Part shown: piece after piece, positions 24,749-35,390 of the stretch
How positions within the stretch are numbered: position 1 is the stretch's first letter
Layout of the letters: each line of letters begins with the position of its first letter
Source: Callorhinchus milii
Taxonomy: Eukaryota
Assembly (NCBI RefSeq): GCF_018977255.1
Contig: NW_024704742.1
Location: 137,950,001-138,014,000, forward strand
Reading direction: 5' to 3'
DNA: 64,000 nt
Translations under genes and position numbers: made by a program
The notes under the pieces: generated by a model
The model's input: only the letters and a program-made list of their open reading frames with translations
Told to the model about the DNA's origin: nothing
Databases searched by the model: none

Positions 24749-26151
24749 CGACCATCACCGGCAAGAGCAGCCACGCACTGTCACACTCACCCACACTGTC
24801 ACACTCACAGTCACACACACACACTGTCACACTCACTCACACTGTCACACTCACCCACGCTGTCACACTCACTCACACTGTCACACTCACCCACACTCTC
24901 ACACTCACTCACATATTCACACACACTGTCACACTCACTCACACTCACACTGTCACACTCACTCACATTGTCACACTCACCCACACTGTCACACACTCAC
25001 ATTGTCACACACTCACACTAACACACTCACTGTCACCCTGACACACTCATTCACTCACTCACTCACTCCCTGACACGCTCATTGGCACACTGTCCCACGC
25101 TCAGTCACACTGTCAGCCACGCATGTTCACACATACTTGATCTCACACACACTGACACGTCAGGTCCCCACACATCCAACCACTCACTATCTCATACACA
25201 CACACACTCTCTCACACACACATATACACATACTCACGCACTCTCTCTCACACACACACACACATACATACACACACGCACTGTTTCTTTCTAACCCACA
25301 CATGCACAGACGCACATTGCCCAGTATCCTGGGCTGGTATCGTGGTACCAGCCGGACAAAACGCCCTTTGCCAACCTGCCAAGGACCAGGTGACAAAGAG
25401 CAGCCCCTGAAGTTGGCACTTTGTTTCTCGGATCCCCTCCCCCCAAGTCGGTACTTACTATTTCAACTTGTAGATTTATCTGGATCTTCGTTGAATGGAA
25501 ACGTTGATGTGAGATGGCTATCGCTGTCATTGCCAACTGTGACACTCGTCCCCCCCGACTGAGAGAACAGCAAAGACTCCCCCCCGGACACGGACACAGA
25601 GACCCTCTGAACTCTCGCCCCCCACCCCACTGTTCTCAGACTTTAGCACTTGCTGACCACAGAGTTCAAAGCCACAGCATTAACACGGAGGAAGGGAGAC
25701 CAGGAGAGCGAGATCTGCATGGCTCATGGCAACTGAAAGACTGGCTCCCCTCCCTCACTCCTCACTGTGCATTTCCCTAGTCTTCGTTCTTCACTCCTCG
25801 CCCTCTCTCCTCGCCCTCGCTCTGACCCTGAAGAGGACCAGCTGAACTCAATGCCCCACAGGACGGACGTGCTGAGGACAGGTGAAGATGTCAGAGCGCA
25901 GACCTCTGCAGAGACTCCCACCCCCCAACCCCCCACCACCACCACCACCGGTGTGCTCGGAAGCAGAGTCTGACTGTTCTCTGTGCTGCACTCAGTCTGA
26001 GCGAGGGGTGGGGTGGGGGGGGGTTTAGGGGAGGGGGGTTGTGGACTCTGGTGCAGTTCCTGGACCCAGTGGACATTCCACTCCACCATCACTGATGTTT
26101 GTACATATTAAGAGGGGTTCAATGGCAGTGAAACCCACCAACCAGCCTGTG

Positions 26152-26157
26152 AATAAA
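26152..26157 (+). promoter_or_regulatory. Candidate polyadenylation signal for ZNF131
   Basis: First AATAAA I noticed downstream of the stop codon; no transcript support. Confidence 0.25.
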
Positions 26158-27479
26158 AACAGCGATTGGTATCTAGACCACAGGGTCCCGCACACACTTT
26201 GTGTGTCAAATACACATTCACACCTTTATTATGGCTTGTAATGCAAGTTAAAGCCTCAGCCATTCACATGTTCATCTCTGGGACAGATAGTTCTGGGTTG
26301 TTCTGGGTTTGAGTTCCTCCCAGACTGGGAACTGAGCTCAGTCCAAGCTGATGCTCCAGTGCAACGATGAGGGAAGAGAGAGAAAGAGACGCATTGTAAA
26401 AGACGCCGTCCTTCAGAGGAGACGTTAAACCGAGCTCCCGTCTGCTTGTTCAGTTAATCCTCCAGATAAAATTGATCATTCGCCTCACTGCTGTTTGTGG
26501 GATGTTGATGTGCGCAACCCTCTCCCTTCGCCTCGCCCCCTCTCCCTCCGCCTTGCTATCTCTCTCCCTTCGCCTCACCCCCTCTTTCCCTCCGCTTCCT
26601 CTCTCCCTCCACCTCCCTCTCTCTCTCCCTCCACCTCCCCCCCCCACTCCCTCCGCTTCACCACGTCTCCCTCCGCTTCTATTCCTCCGCCTCGCTCCTT
26701 TCCCTCCACTTCTCCCCCCCTCTCTCCCACCTTGTCCCCTATCCCTTGCTCCTCGCACTGAGGAGGGTTGCGTAGCACTGAGACCCGTCATTCAGCTCAG
26801 AGTTTGTGCCTGTGTTTACACCATGTAAGTCCTCTCCTGAACCCCTCCAGCCCCTTCCCTCTCTGTGAGCAAGAAAAGGACCAATCATTTGGTAAACATG
26901 TTTTAGAAAGCTGAACTGGCTCCACAGTGAAGTGCTTGGCAACTGTGCCGGTCTCCAGTCCGGTTCCAAAGCCAGGCAGGTCCGCAGTATTCCAGGGCAC
27001 CCACTGCCCGACCTGAGCTCCCCCTCAGCTCCTGTTAACCCTACAGCCAAAGCCCTATCGCGTTTCTACAGTTTGTACAAAAAAACTGTCTTCGGAATTT
27101 CTGTGTGATCTTCAATAATTAGCTAATTATTAATCAATGCCGCATTATTGATTAATAATACTTTGGTCACTCAATCCCCGGCTGTTGGTGGGACGCTGCT
27201 GGATGCAATTGGCTGCTGCGTTTCGACCACAAAATACACAGTCAATTCACTTTACAGTGCATTCTGTGAAGCGCTTTCAGAAGTCTCGAAGACGTGATAA
27301 GACGCTGTATCAAATGCAACGATTATTATTAGGGTGGTCCTTCCTCGCTGGACAACCACTGGGAAAGCTTGTCAGACAGTGATATCAATGGCCAGCTATA
27401 TGACTTCACCTGGTTCGTCTCCAGCAGTTATTTCACACTCTGGGTCTGGCCATACTGTGCCTATTACTGTCGGGATCAG

Positions 27480-28300
27480 GTAAGCACGGTGTGCTCCTGG
27501 GGAGAGAGTGCACGTACGTCATGGATCCCAACATGAACCACGACTTCTGGATGTTTCCCTTTCCCCCCTGTAAAATGTTTTGCACCAATCCTGGCACCAG
27601 GGAGGCAACATGCCACGCGAGTCACGTCATTGGTTGCAGAAACGTCTCTCTACTTTCACCAGTGTGTCCCCAATTGCATTGACACTCTTCCCTGTGTTCC
27701 TCTGGGCATCCATTGGTTTTTGACTCCTCTCCCCAGACGTGTCATCACCCTGACTGGTATTCAGTACAGAGAACCGCTTTGCGAGTGCCACACTCAGGAG
27801 ATTCCTACACTGTCCGTGCCCTCTTCCTACCAGGCCAGGTGGTCAACCACTCGCTCTCCTCATGAACCCTCTGGCTGTGGGGTGACCACCTCCTGAAACG
27901 TTCGATCCATGAACTCTTCAGCCTCCCGTATGCTATGCAGTGGCACCAGCCTCTCCCAGAGCTCAGAAACCCTGAGCTCAAGCTCAAGCAGCCGGAGGAG
28001 GCACTTCCACACACGTGTCTATCCAGGGCAAGCAAAATATCCTGGAGTTCCCACATGGCACACATTGTGCATTCAACCGGTCTGAGCTGCCCTGCCATAT
28101 TCCCAGACATGTTTTTTTTACAATGTTAATAAAACTTACATATTTTATAATAATGCACCTCTTTCCCCCTCTGCACAGAATTCCCACTCTCACCAAATTC
28201 CTAAACAGATTTCTCACTCGGTTCCACCTCACTCAGTTCCCGCCTCGCGCTGCTGGGCTGTCTGCTCGTTTCGTAAGGTTCTGCCCTTATCTCTTTCTTC
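27480..28300 (-). mobile_element. CR1 5' region: degenerate ORF1 (zinc-finger plus esterase-like)
   Basis: MAGQLRPVECTMCAMWE...HVC followed by frameshifted IGDTLV..ERRFC...PEVVVHVGIHD, like the CR1 ORF1 SGNH domain. Confidence 0.7.
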
Positions 28301-28734
28301 TGTTGCTAGGTCCACAATGTGTTACTTCCCTTAATCTTAACCCTGTTTTTACTGCTCTGATACTTCTTATCACAGTTTTTTTTAGAAGGCCTTTCTTTGT
28401 TCAGGCCAATCATTTGGTTGTAGGTTCCTGGTAGCTTTGTCTAATGTCTGGTACTATCTTCATGTTTTTCCGAACTGCCAGCTATGTGCCTCACACACGC
28501 ATTCCTCTCTTTATTACAACGCCCAGTGTTCTAGCCGAAGATTCCCCCAAAACAATAATAATAAAACATGGCCCCAACTCAAACCATCTTTTGCAGAGCC
28601 TCCGCACACCACTTAACACCTTTAAAATAGGGCCTTTAATATGCAGCTTGGAAAGGTAGAATTGGATAGAATCATGGAATCATACAGCACAGAAGGAGGC
28701 CATTCGGCCCATTGTACCTGTGCCAGCTCTTTGG

Positions 28735-29460
28735 AACAACGACAACAACAAGATTCCATTTATAGAGCGCCTTTCACATCGGGAGGACGTCCCAAGGCGC
28801 TGTACAGTTGGGTCAGGACTCGAGCATTGGGGGGAAATGGTCAGGGTGAGGGGAGAGAAGGGAGGGAGTGAGGAGGGGGTAGAGAGTCGAGAGGGGAGCT
28901 GAAGGCACCGTCAAAAAGAAAGGTCTTGAGACCGGCCTTGAAGGAGGAAAGGGAGGAGGCGAAGAAGGCACTGGGGGATAGAGTTCCAGAGCCTCGGGGC
29001 TGAGAGGCTGAAGGCCCGGCCACCGATGGTAGGGCGGTTGGGGCGGGGGATGTGGAGCAGACCGGAGCCAGAGGAATGGAGGGTACGGGCGGGTAGGTAG
29101 GGGGATAGTAGGTCAGAGAGGTAGGAGGGAGCGAGGCCGTGAATGGCCTTGTAGGTGAGGATGAGGATCTTGAATTCGATCCTCTGGGGGATGGGGAGCC
29201 AGTGGAGGCGTCCAAGGGTGGGAGTGATGTGGTCGCGGTGTCTGGTGCGGGACAGTACACGAGCTGCAGAGTTCTGAATGACCTGCAGTGTGGAGGGAGG
29301 GCCGGGAAGGCCGACGAGGAGAGAGTTCCCATAGTCCGGCCTTGAGGTGATAAAGGTGTGGACCAGAGTCTCAGCCGCGTGAGGGGTGAGGTAGTGCCGT
29401 AGTCTGGCGATGTTCCGGAGGTGATGGAAGGCGGTGCCAGTTGTGGTGCGGATATGAGGC
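28735..29460 (-). mobile_element. L2 3' fragment
   Basis: ORF 28911..29471: FHHLRNIARLRHYL...LHWLPIPQRIEFKILILTYKA. Confidence 0.9.
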
Positions 29461-29519
29461 CAATTGCGCACAGCAATTTAACAAAATGTTAAGTAATTAT
29501 TACCCCCGGAACTCCACAA

Positions 29520-30720
29520 ATGGCTTTTCCTCCGGCTCCCGCACTGTCTCGTGCGGTGTCCCTCAGGGCTCTGTCCTATGTCCCCTCCTCTTCACCCTCT
29601 ATATGCTCCCCCTGTGGTGACATCATCCGCAGACATGGGGTTAACTCCCACATGTATGCGGATGACACCCAACTCTACCTTTCCTCCTCTACCCTCAACT
29701 CCACGACCCCCGATGTCCTGACAGCTGCCTGTCCGACATCGAGTCCTGGACGAGAGACAACTTTCTTCAGCTCAACGTGCGCAAAACTGAGGCCCTCCTG
29801 ATTGGCTCACGTCAGCGCCTCCACACCTCAGGCGCTGACACCATCAGCATCCAAGTCTGCACTCTCCACCTCTCAAAGCCATCAGGAACCTCGGGGTTCT
29901 GTTTGTCCCTGAGCTGTCCTTTCTCCCTCACATCCGCACCACAACTGGCACCGCCTTCCATCACCTCCGGAACATCGCCAGACTACGGCACTACCTCACC
30001 CCTCACGCGGCTGAAACCCTGGTCCACGCCTTTGTCACCTCAAGGCTGGACTATGGGAACTCTCTCCTCGCCGGCCTTCCCGCCACCTCCCTCCACAAGC
30101 TGCAGGTCATTCAGAACTCTGCAGCTCTTGTACTGCCCCGCACCAGACACCGCGACCACATCACTCCCACCCTCGCCCTCGCCCTCACCTTCGCCCTCAC
30201 CCTCGCTCGCCTCCACTGGCTCCCCATCCCCCAGAGGATCGAATTCAAGATCCTCTTCCTCACCTACAAGGCCATTCACGGCCTCGCTCCCTCCTACCTC
30301 TCCGACGTACTATCCCCCAACCTACCTGCCCGTAGCCTCCGTTCCTCTGGCTCCGGTCTGCTCCACGTCCCCCGCCCCAACCGCCCTACCATCGGTGGCC
30401 GTCAGCCTCTCAGCCCCGAGGCTCTGGAACTCCATCCCCCAGTGCCTTCGCCGCCTCCTCTCTTTCCTCCTTCAAGGCCGGTCTCAAGACCTTTCTCTTT
30501 GACCTTCAGCCTTCAGCTCCTCTCTCGACTCTCTACCCCCTCCTCTCTCCCTCCCTTCCCTCCCCTCACCCTGACCATTTCCCCCCTCCTCGCTCCCTCC
30601 CTTCCCTCCCCTCACCCTAACCATTTCCCCCCTGCTCGGGTCCTGACCCAACTGTACAGCGCCTTGGGACGTCCTCCTGACGTGAAAGGCGCTCAATAAA
30701 TGGAATGTTGTTGTTGTTGT
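29520..30720 (+). mobile_element. L2 3' 1.2-kb fragment
   Basis: [10 protein letters not shown] motif, C-terminal ORF2 and (TTG)n tail. Confidence 0.92.
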
Positions 30721-31884
30721 AATCACTAACTGTAGGGCCTCACATTATGTTTATGTTGTCGGAAAATCCTGAGAGAAGAGAGGTGTCAGGTGGTGTGTGG
30801 AGGCTTTGGAAGGAGATGGTTTGAGTCGGGGCTGTGTTTCTTTTCTGTCAACAACAAAATGACGTGTAAAGCGCCTTTCACATCCCGAGTCGCTGGACAG
30901 TCAGAGTTTCTGACCCGAGCTGGGGGTCAGGATCGGGGAGGGGGCAGGGCAGGGGGGAAGCAGGTTGATCGAAAGCACCGTCAAAGAGGAGGGTCTTGAG
31001 ATGGGTATTGAAGGAGGCAACAAAGCGGAGGGACTGAGGGATGGAGTTCCAGAAGGGGGGGTTTAGAGTGGTGGAAGGCCCATACGCCAATAGTGGGGTG
31101 AGCGAGGCGAGGGCCGTGAATCAGGCCGGAGCCCGCTGAGGGGAGAGAGCGAGCAGGATGGTAGGGGGGAGCAAGACCATGGAGGGTCTTGAAGACGAGG
31201 ACCAGGATCTTGAACTGTATCCTCTGTGTGATGGGAAGCCAGAGGAGTCGGGCAAGGATGGGGGTGATAGGTTCACGGAGCCTGGTGAGGGAGAGGACAT
31301 GGGCTGCAGAGTTCTGGATGATGTGTGGAGGGAGGAGTTGGGGAGGCCGACAAACAGGGAGTTTGCATAGTCGAGGGTCGATGTAATGAAAGCTTATCCG
31401 AGGGTTTCTGCAGTCTATGGTGTGAGCCAATGGCAGACCCGGGCGATGTTGAGGAGGTGGGGGAAGGCAGAGCGGGTCATGGCACAAATGTGGGGTAGAA
31501 AGGATAGTTGAGGGTCGAACAAGACGCCAAGGTTCTGGACTGGCTCAGTGAGGTGAAGTGTGCAACCATGGATGGTGATGCTGTCAGCGCCTGAGGTGTG
31601 AAGGCGACGGGTTTGACGATTTGATAAGGTGCAGTCAGATCTGCTGATGGACCGTTATGTTCGATTTAAGCCTCGTGCCTTCAGCAGCACATACCTGAGC
31701 TTTAAGGGAGTGGAGGTGACTGGTGTACAATGGTGACATATGTGAATAGGAGACAGTTCTGAGCACCAGACGTTGCAGAATCACAAGATGTCATTACTTC
31801 CTCCAGCTGAATGACAAGAGGAAACAGCAATCTTTATCCATACACCACAACGTGGAACGTTCAATAGCCACAGTCCATTGCTTT
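30720..31884 (+). repeat. Segment duplicated in inverted orientation at 57813-59032
   Basis: Unique flanks and the embedded L2 fragment match in reverse complement. 29459-29511 also matches about 59487-59539. Confidence 0.95.
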
Positions 31885-31895
31885 TAATTTGGAGA

Positions 31896-31907
31896 GAAAG
31901 AGGAACT
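31896..31907 (+). promoter_or_regulatory. PU.1/ETS-type site upstream of receptor gene copy 1
   Basis: GAAAGAGGAACT, a purine-rich PU-box, about 45 nt before the ATG at 31953. Paralogous site GAAGAGGAAGTG at 46671-46682. Confidence 0.45.
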
Positions 31908-31952
31908 CATTGCCAGTTCAGCATTGAGAGACACTCAAGTTGGACACCGACG

Positions 31953-32013
31953 ATGCTGCCTTTCTGCTTTTGGTTTTCCAGCGTCCTCCTGTGGGGCACA
32001 ACGCAGACTTCTG
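31953..32013 (+). CDS. Siglec-15-like receptor copy 1, signal-peptide exon (MLPFCFWFSSVLLWGTTQTS)
   Basis: ATG, 20 mostly hydrophobic codons, phase-1 donor G|gtatgt. Paralog at 46730. Phase matches the V exon at 33851. Confidence 0.8.
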
Positions 32014-33354
32014 GTATGTACTCCCCATCCTCACATTGCTGTACCCCATCACCCCCATCCTCGCCCGACTGCACTGTATTCTCTTCTTTGCTTGTCAGCC
32101 TCCCCAACTCCTCCAACACAGGCTGCAGATCATCCAGAACTCTGCAGCCCGTGTCCTCTCACAGACTGGGCTCAGCAACCCTGTCACCCCCATCCTTCTC
32201 ATCACATAGAGGATACAGTTCAAGATCCCGGTCCTCACCTTCAAAGCCCTCCATGGCCTTGCTCCACCCTACCTCTGCAACCTCCTGACCCCCCTACCAT
32301 TCTGCCCACTCGCTACCCTCAGCGGGCTCCAGTCTGCTTCACGTCCCCCGCCTCACTCGCCCCACCCTTAGCGGACATGGCTTTCTGCCACTCTGCTCCA
32401 ACCCTCTGGACTCCATTGCGCAGTCCTTCTGCCTCGTCCCCTCCCTCACCACCATCAAGATCCATCTCAAGATCCTCCTCTTAAACCCTGCTGTTGATCT
32501 CTCTGCTCCCTCCCCTGCCCTCCACACCCCCGAATCCCAACCCCCAACTCGGGTGGAATCTCTGTCTGTCCAGAGCCTTGGGAAATCCTCCTGACGTGAA
32601 AGGCGCATTACACATGTCATTTTGTTGTTGTTATTCCGGTCTGTAGGTGCGAGGTGGGTGGGGGGGGGGGGTGTGGGGGGGGCTGGTGGGTGGGGGGGTT
32701 TGGGTGGGGGGGGGAGTTCGGAGATGTCACAGCAATGTGATGAGTTGCTATATCAAATGCAAGGATTATTATATATTATAACCGGTTACAAGGTGACACT
32801 TAACAATGCAGCCCACAGTTTGTGACGGTCTCCAGACCGGGTCCTGAGCCAACCAAGTCCACAATACTCCACAGCGCTGTTGATGACAGCACAGTCCAAC
32901 TTGGCTCATTGGCAGGACCTGGAAGGGCCGACCAGTCACTGGGGGCAGAGAATCCTCCCGCTCAGCTCCTGGTAACCCTGCAGCCAAAGCCCTCATGGTT
33001 AAGGTGACCCTACCTGGACAATTATAATAATAATCCTGGCATGTGATATAGAAAGCTGGACAGTTAGCGCTCTCAATGGCAAGCGATGTTGGTTTTAGAT
33101 GGTTGGACTCCAGCAGTTACCCCAAAGTACACTCTGGGGTCCCCAAGCCTTAGCTCTTGCCAACCTGTGCCTAATACTCTCCAGAATTAGCTAAGCTGGA
33201 TGTGTCCCTGCAAACTTGTCCTCCACAAATAATTATCTCCTTCTCTCTTAAAAGTTGATATGGAATCGGCTTCCCTCAGCCTTTCAGGCAATGCATTCCA
33301 GATCCCAACAACTCGCTGTGTGGAAACATTTCTCCTCCCCTCCTCTCAGTTCCT

Positions 33355-33810
33355 TTGTGTGTGTTGGGTGTCTGTGTATGTTTGTGTGTGTTGGGTGTCT
33401 GTGTATGTTTGTGTGTGTTGGGTGTCTGTGTATGTTTGTGTGTGTTGGGTGTCTGTGTATGTTTGTGTGTGTTGGGTGTCTGTGTATGTTTGTGTGTGTT
33501 GGGTGTCTGTGTATGTTTGTGTGTGTTGGGTGTCTGTGTATGTTTGTGTGTGTTGGGTGTCTGTGTATGTTTGTGTGTGTTGGGTGTCTGTGTGTGTTTG
33601 TGTGTGTTGGGTGTCTGTGTATGTTTGTGTGTGTTGGGTGTCTGTGTATGTTTGTGTGTGTTGGGTGTCTGTGTATGTTTGTGTGTGTTGGGTGTCTGTG
33701 TATGTTTGTGTGTGTTGGGTGTCTGTGTATGTTTGTGTGTGTTGGGTGTCTGTGTGTGTTTGTGTGTGTTGGGTGTCTGTGTATGTTTGTGTGTTGGGTG
33801 TCTGTGTGTC
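33355..33810 (+). repeat. 27-bp GT-rich minisatellite upstream of V exon A
   Basis: Unit gtgtgtgttgggtgtctgtgtatgttt, about 17 copies; a shorter paralog is at about 49170-49380. Confidence 0.95.
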
Positions 33811-33850
33811 TGTGTGTATGTTTGGTTTCAATGTGTCTCTGCCCACACAG

Positions 33851-34240
33851 TATTCTCGCACAGCGGATGGACAATGATCGTCCCGGACGAGGTGACGGCT
33901 GAGAACGGGGCGACAGCCATTATGTCCCTCTGGTTCTCTCACCCAAATAGCCATTACAGCGGTGACATCACGATCATATGGAGGAGAGATAACAAGGACC
34001 TGATCAGCTTTCAGTGCTCCGGGGACAGCGCAGCTCAGGGTCGGCCCCGCAAGTGTGAGACCCGGAAACCGAAGCCCGGGGGCGAGCGGTACCGGCTGCT
34101 GGGGGACCCCTGGCATAACAACGCCGCACTGATGATAGACCCCGTGAGCAGTGAGGACCAGGGGGGGTATCTGTGCCGAGTGGAGCTTAACATCGATGGG
34201 CAACAGTTTGATTCCCCCAACACCGAGCTGTCAGTGACAG
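33851..34240 (+). CDS. Siglec-15-like V-set Ig exon A, copy 1
   Basis: Acceptor cacacag, donor G|gtgagg, 390 nt, phase 1-1, open. WTMIVPDEVTAENG...FSHP.HYSG.IT.IWR...FQC...C.T...RYRLLGDP..N...YLCRVE aligns with the Siglec-15 V domain (WSMQVPPEVSAEAG...FTHP.HYDG...RFRLLGNP..N...YFCRVE), including the F-strand Arg. Confidence 0.88.
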
Positions 34241-34496
34241 GTGAGGAGACCGGTGTCTGTGCTGCTCTGTGACACAACAACCCGTCGCTGACCCCCCCCC
34301 CCCCACCCCCCCAAACCCCTACAATTGGCTCCTCTTCAGATATCTAACCAATTCCCTCCTGAAACCTAACCGGGATCCTCCCTCAACCCCCACTCCCAGC
34401 CGGGCATCTCACAACGAATCATAGAATCTTACAGCACAGAAGGAGGCCATTCAGCCCATCGAGCCTGTGCCACCTTTTTGAAAGAACTGCCAACAA

Positions 34497-35390
34497 ATCC
34501 CACTCCCCCGCTCTTACCCCAACTGGTCCCACTCCCCCGTACTTACCCCAACTAGTCCCACTCCCCCCCCCACCCCAACTAGTCCCACTCCTCCGCTCTT
34601 ACCCCAACTAGTCCCACTCCCCCGCTCTTACCCCAACTAGTCCCACTCCCCCGCTCTTACCCCAACTAGTCCCACTCCCCCGCTCTTACCCCAACTGGTC
34701 CCACTCCCCCGCTCTTACCCCAACTAGTCCCACTCCCCCGCTCTTACCCCAACTGGTCCCACTCCCCCGCTCTTACCCCAACTAGTCCCACTCCCCCCTC
34801 TTACCCCAACTAGTCCCACTCCCCCGCTCTTACCCCAACTAGTCCCACTCCCCCGCTCTTACCCCAACTAGTCCCACTCCCCCGCTCTTACCCCAACTAG
34901 TCCCACTCCCCCCGCTCTTACCCCAACTAGTTCCACTCCCCCGCTCTTACCCCAACTTGTCCCAGTCTCCAATTCTTACCCAAACTAGTCCCATTCCCCT
35001 GCTCTTACCCCAACTAGTCCCACTCCCCCACTCTTACCCCAACTAGTCCCACTCCCCCCACTCTTACCCCAACTAGTCCCACTCCCTCACTCTTACCCCA
35101 ACTAGTCCCACTCCCCCGCTCTTACCCCAACTAGTCCCACTGCCTCGCTCTTACCCCAACTAGTCCCACTGCCCCCTCTTACCCCAATTAGTCCCACTAC
35201 CTCGTTCTTACCCCAACTAGTCCCACTCCCCCGCTCTTACCCAAACTCGTCCCACTCCCCAGCTCTTACCCAAACTAGTCCCACTCCCTCACTCTTCCTC
35301 CAACTAATCCCACTCCCCCGCTCTTATCCGAACTAGTCACACTCTCCCCTCTCTTACCACAACTGATCCCACTCCCCCACTCTTACCCCA
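34497..35390 (+). repeat. 29-bp minisatellite (cccactcccccgctcttaccccaactagt)n inside a CR1 3' end
   Basis: Period of 29 measured directly; about 30 units by length. Confidence 0.95.

Noticed and set aside
34497-35390. CRISPR-like array (also the 27-, 30- and 37-mer arrays)
   Set aside because: Head-to-tail units without unique spacers, no cas genes, vertebrate context.
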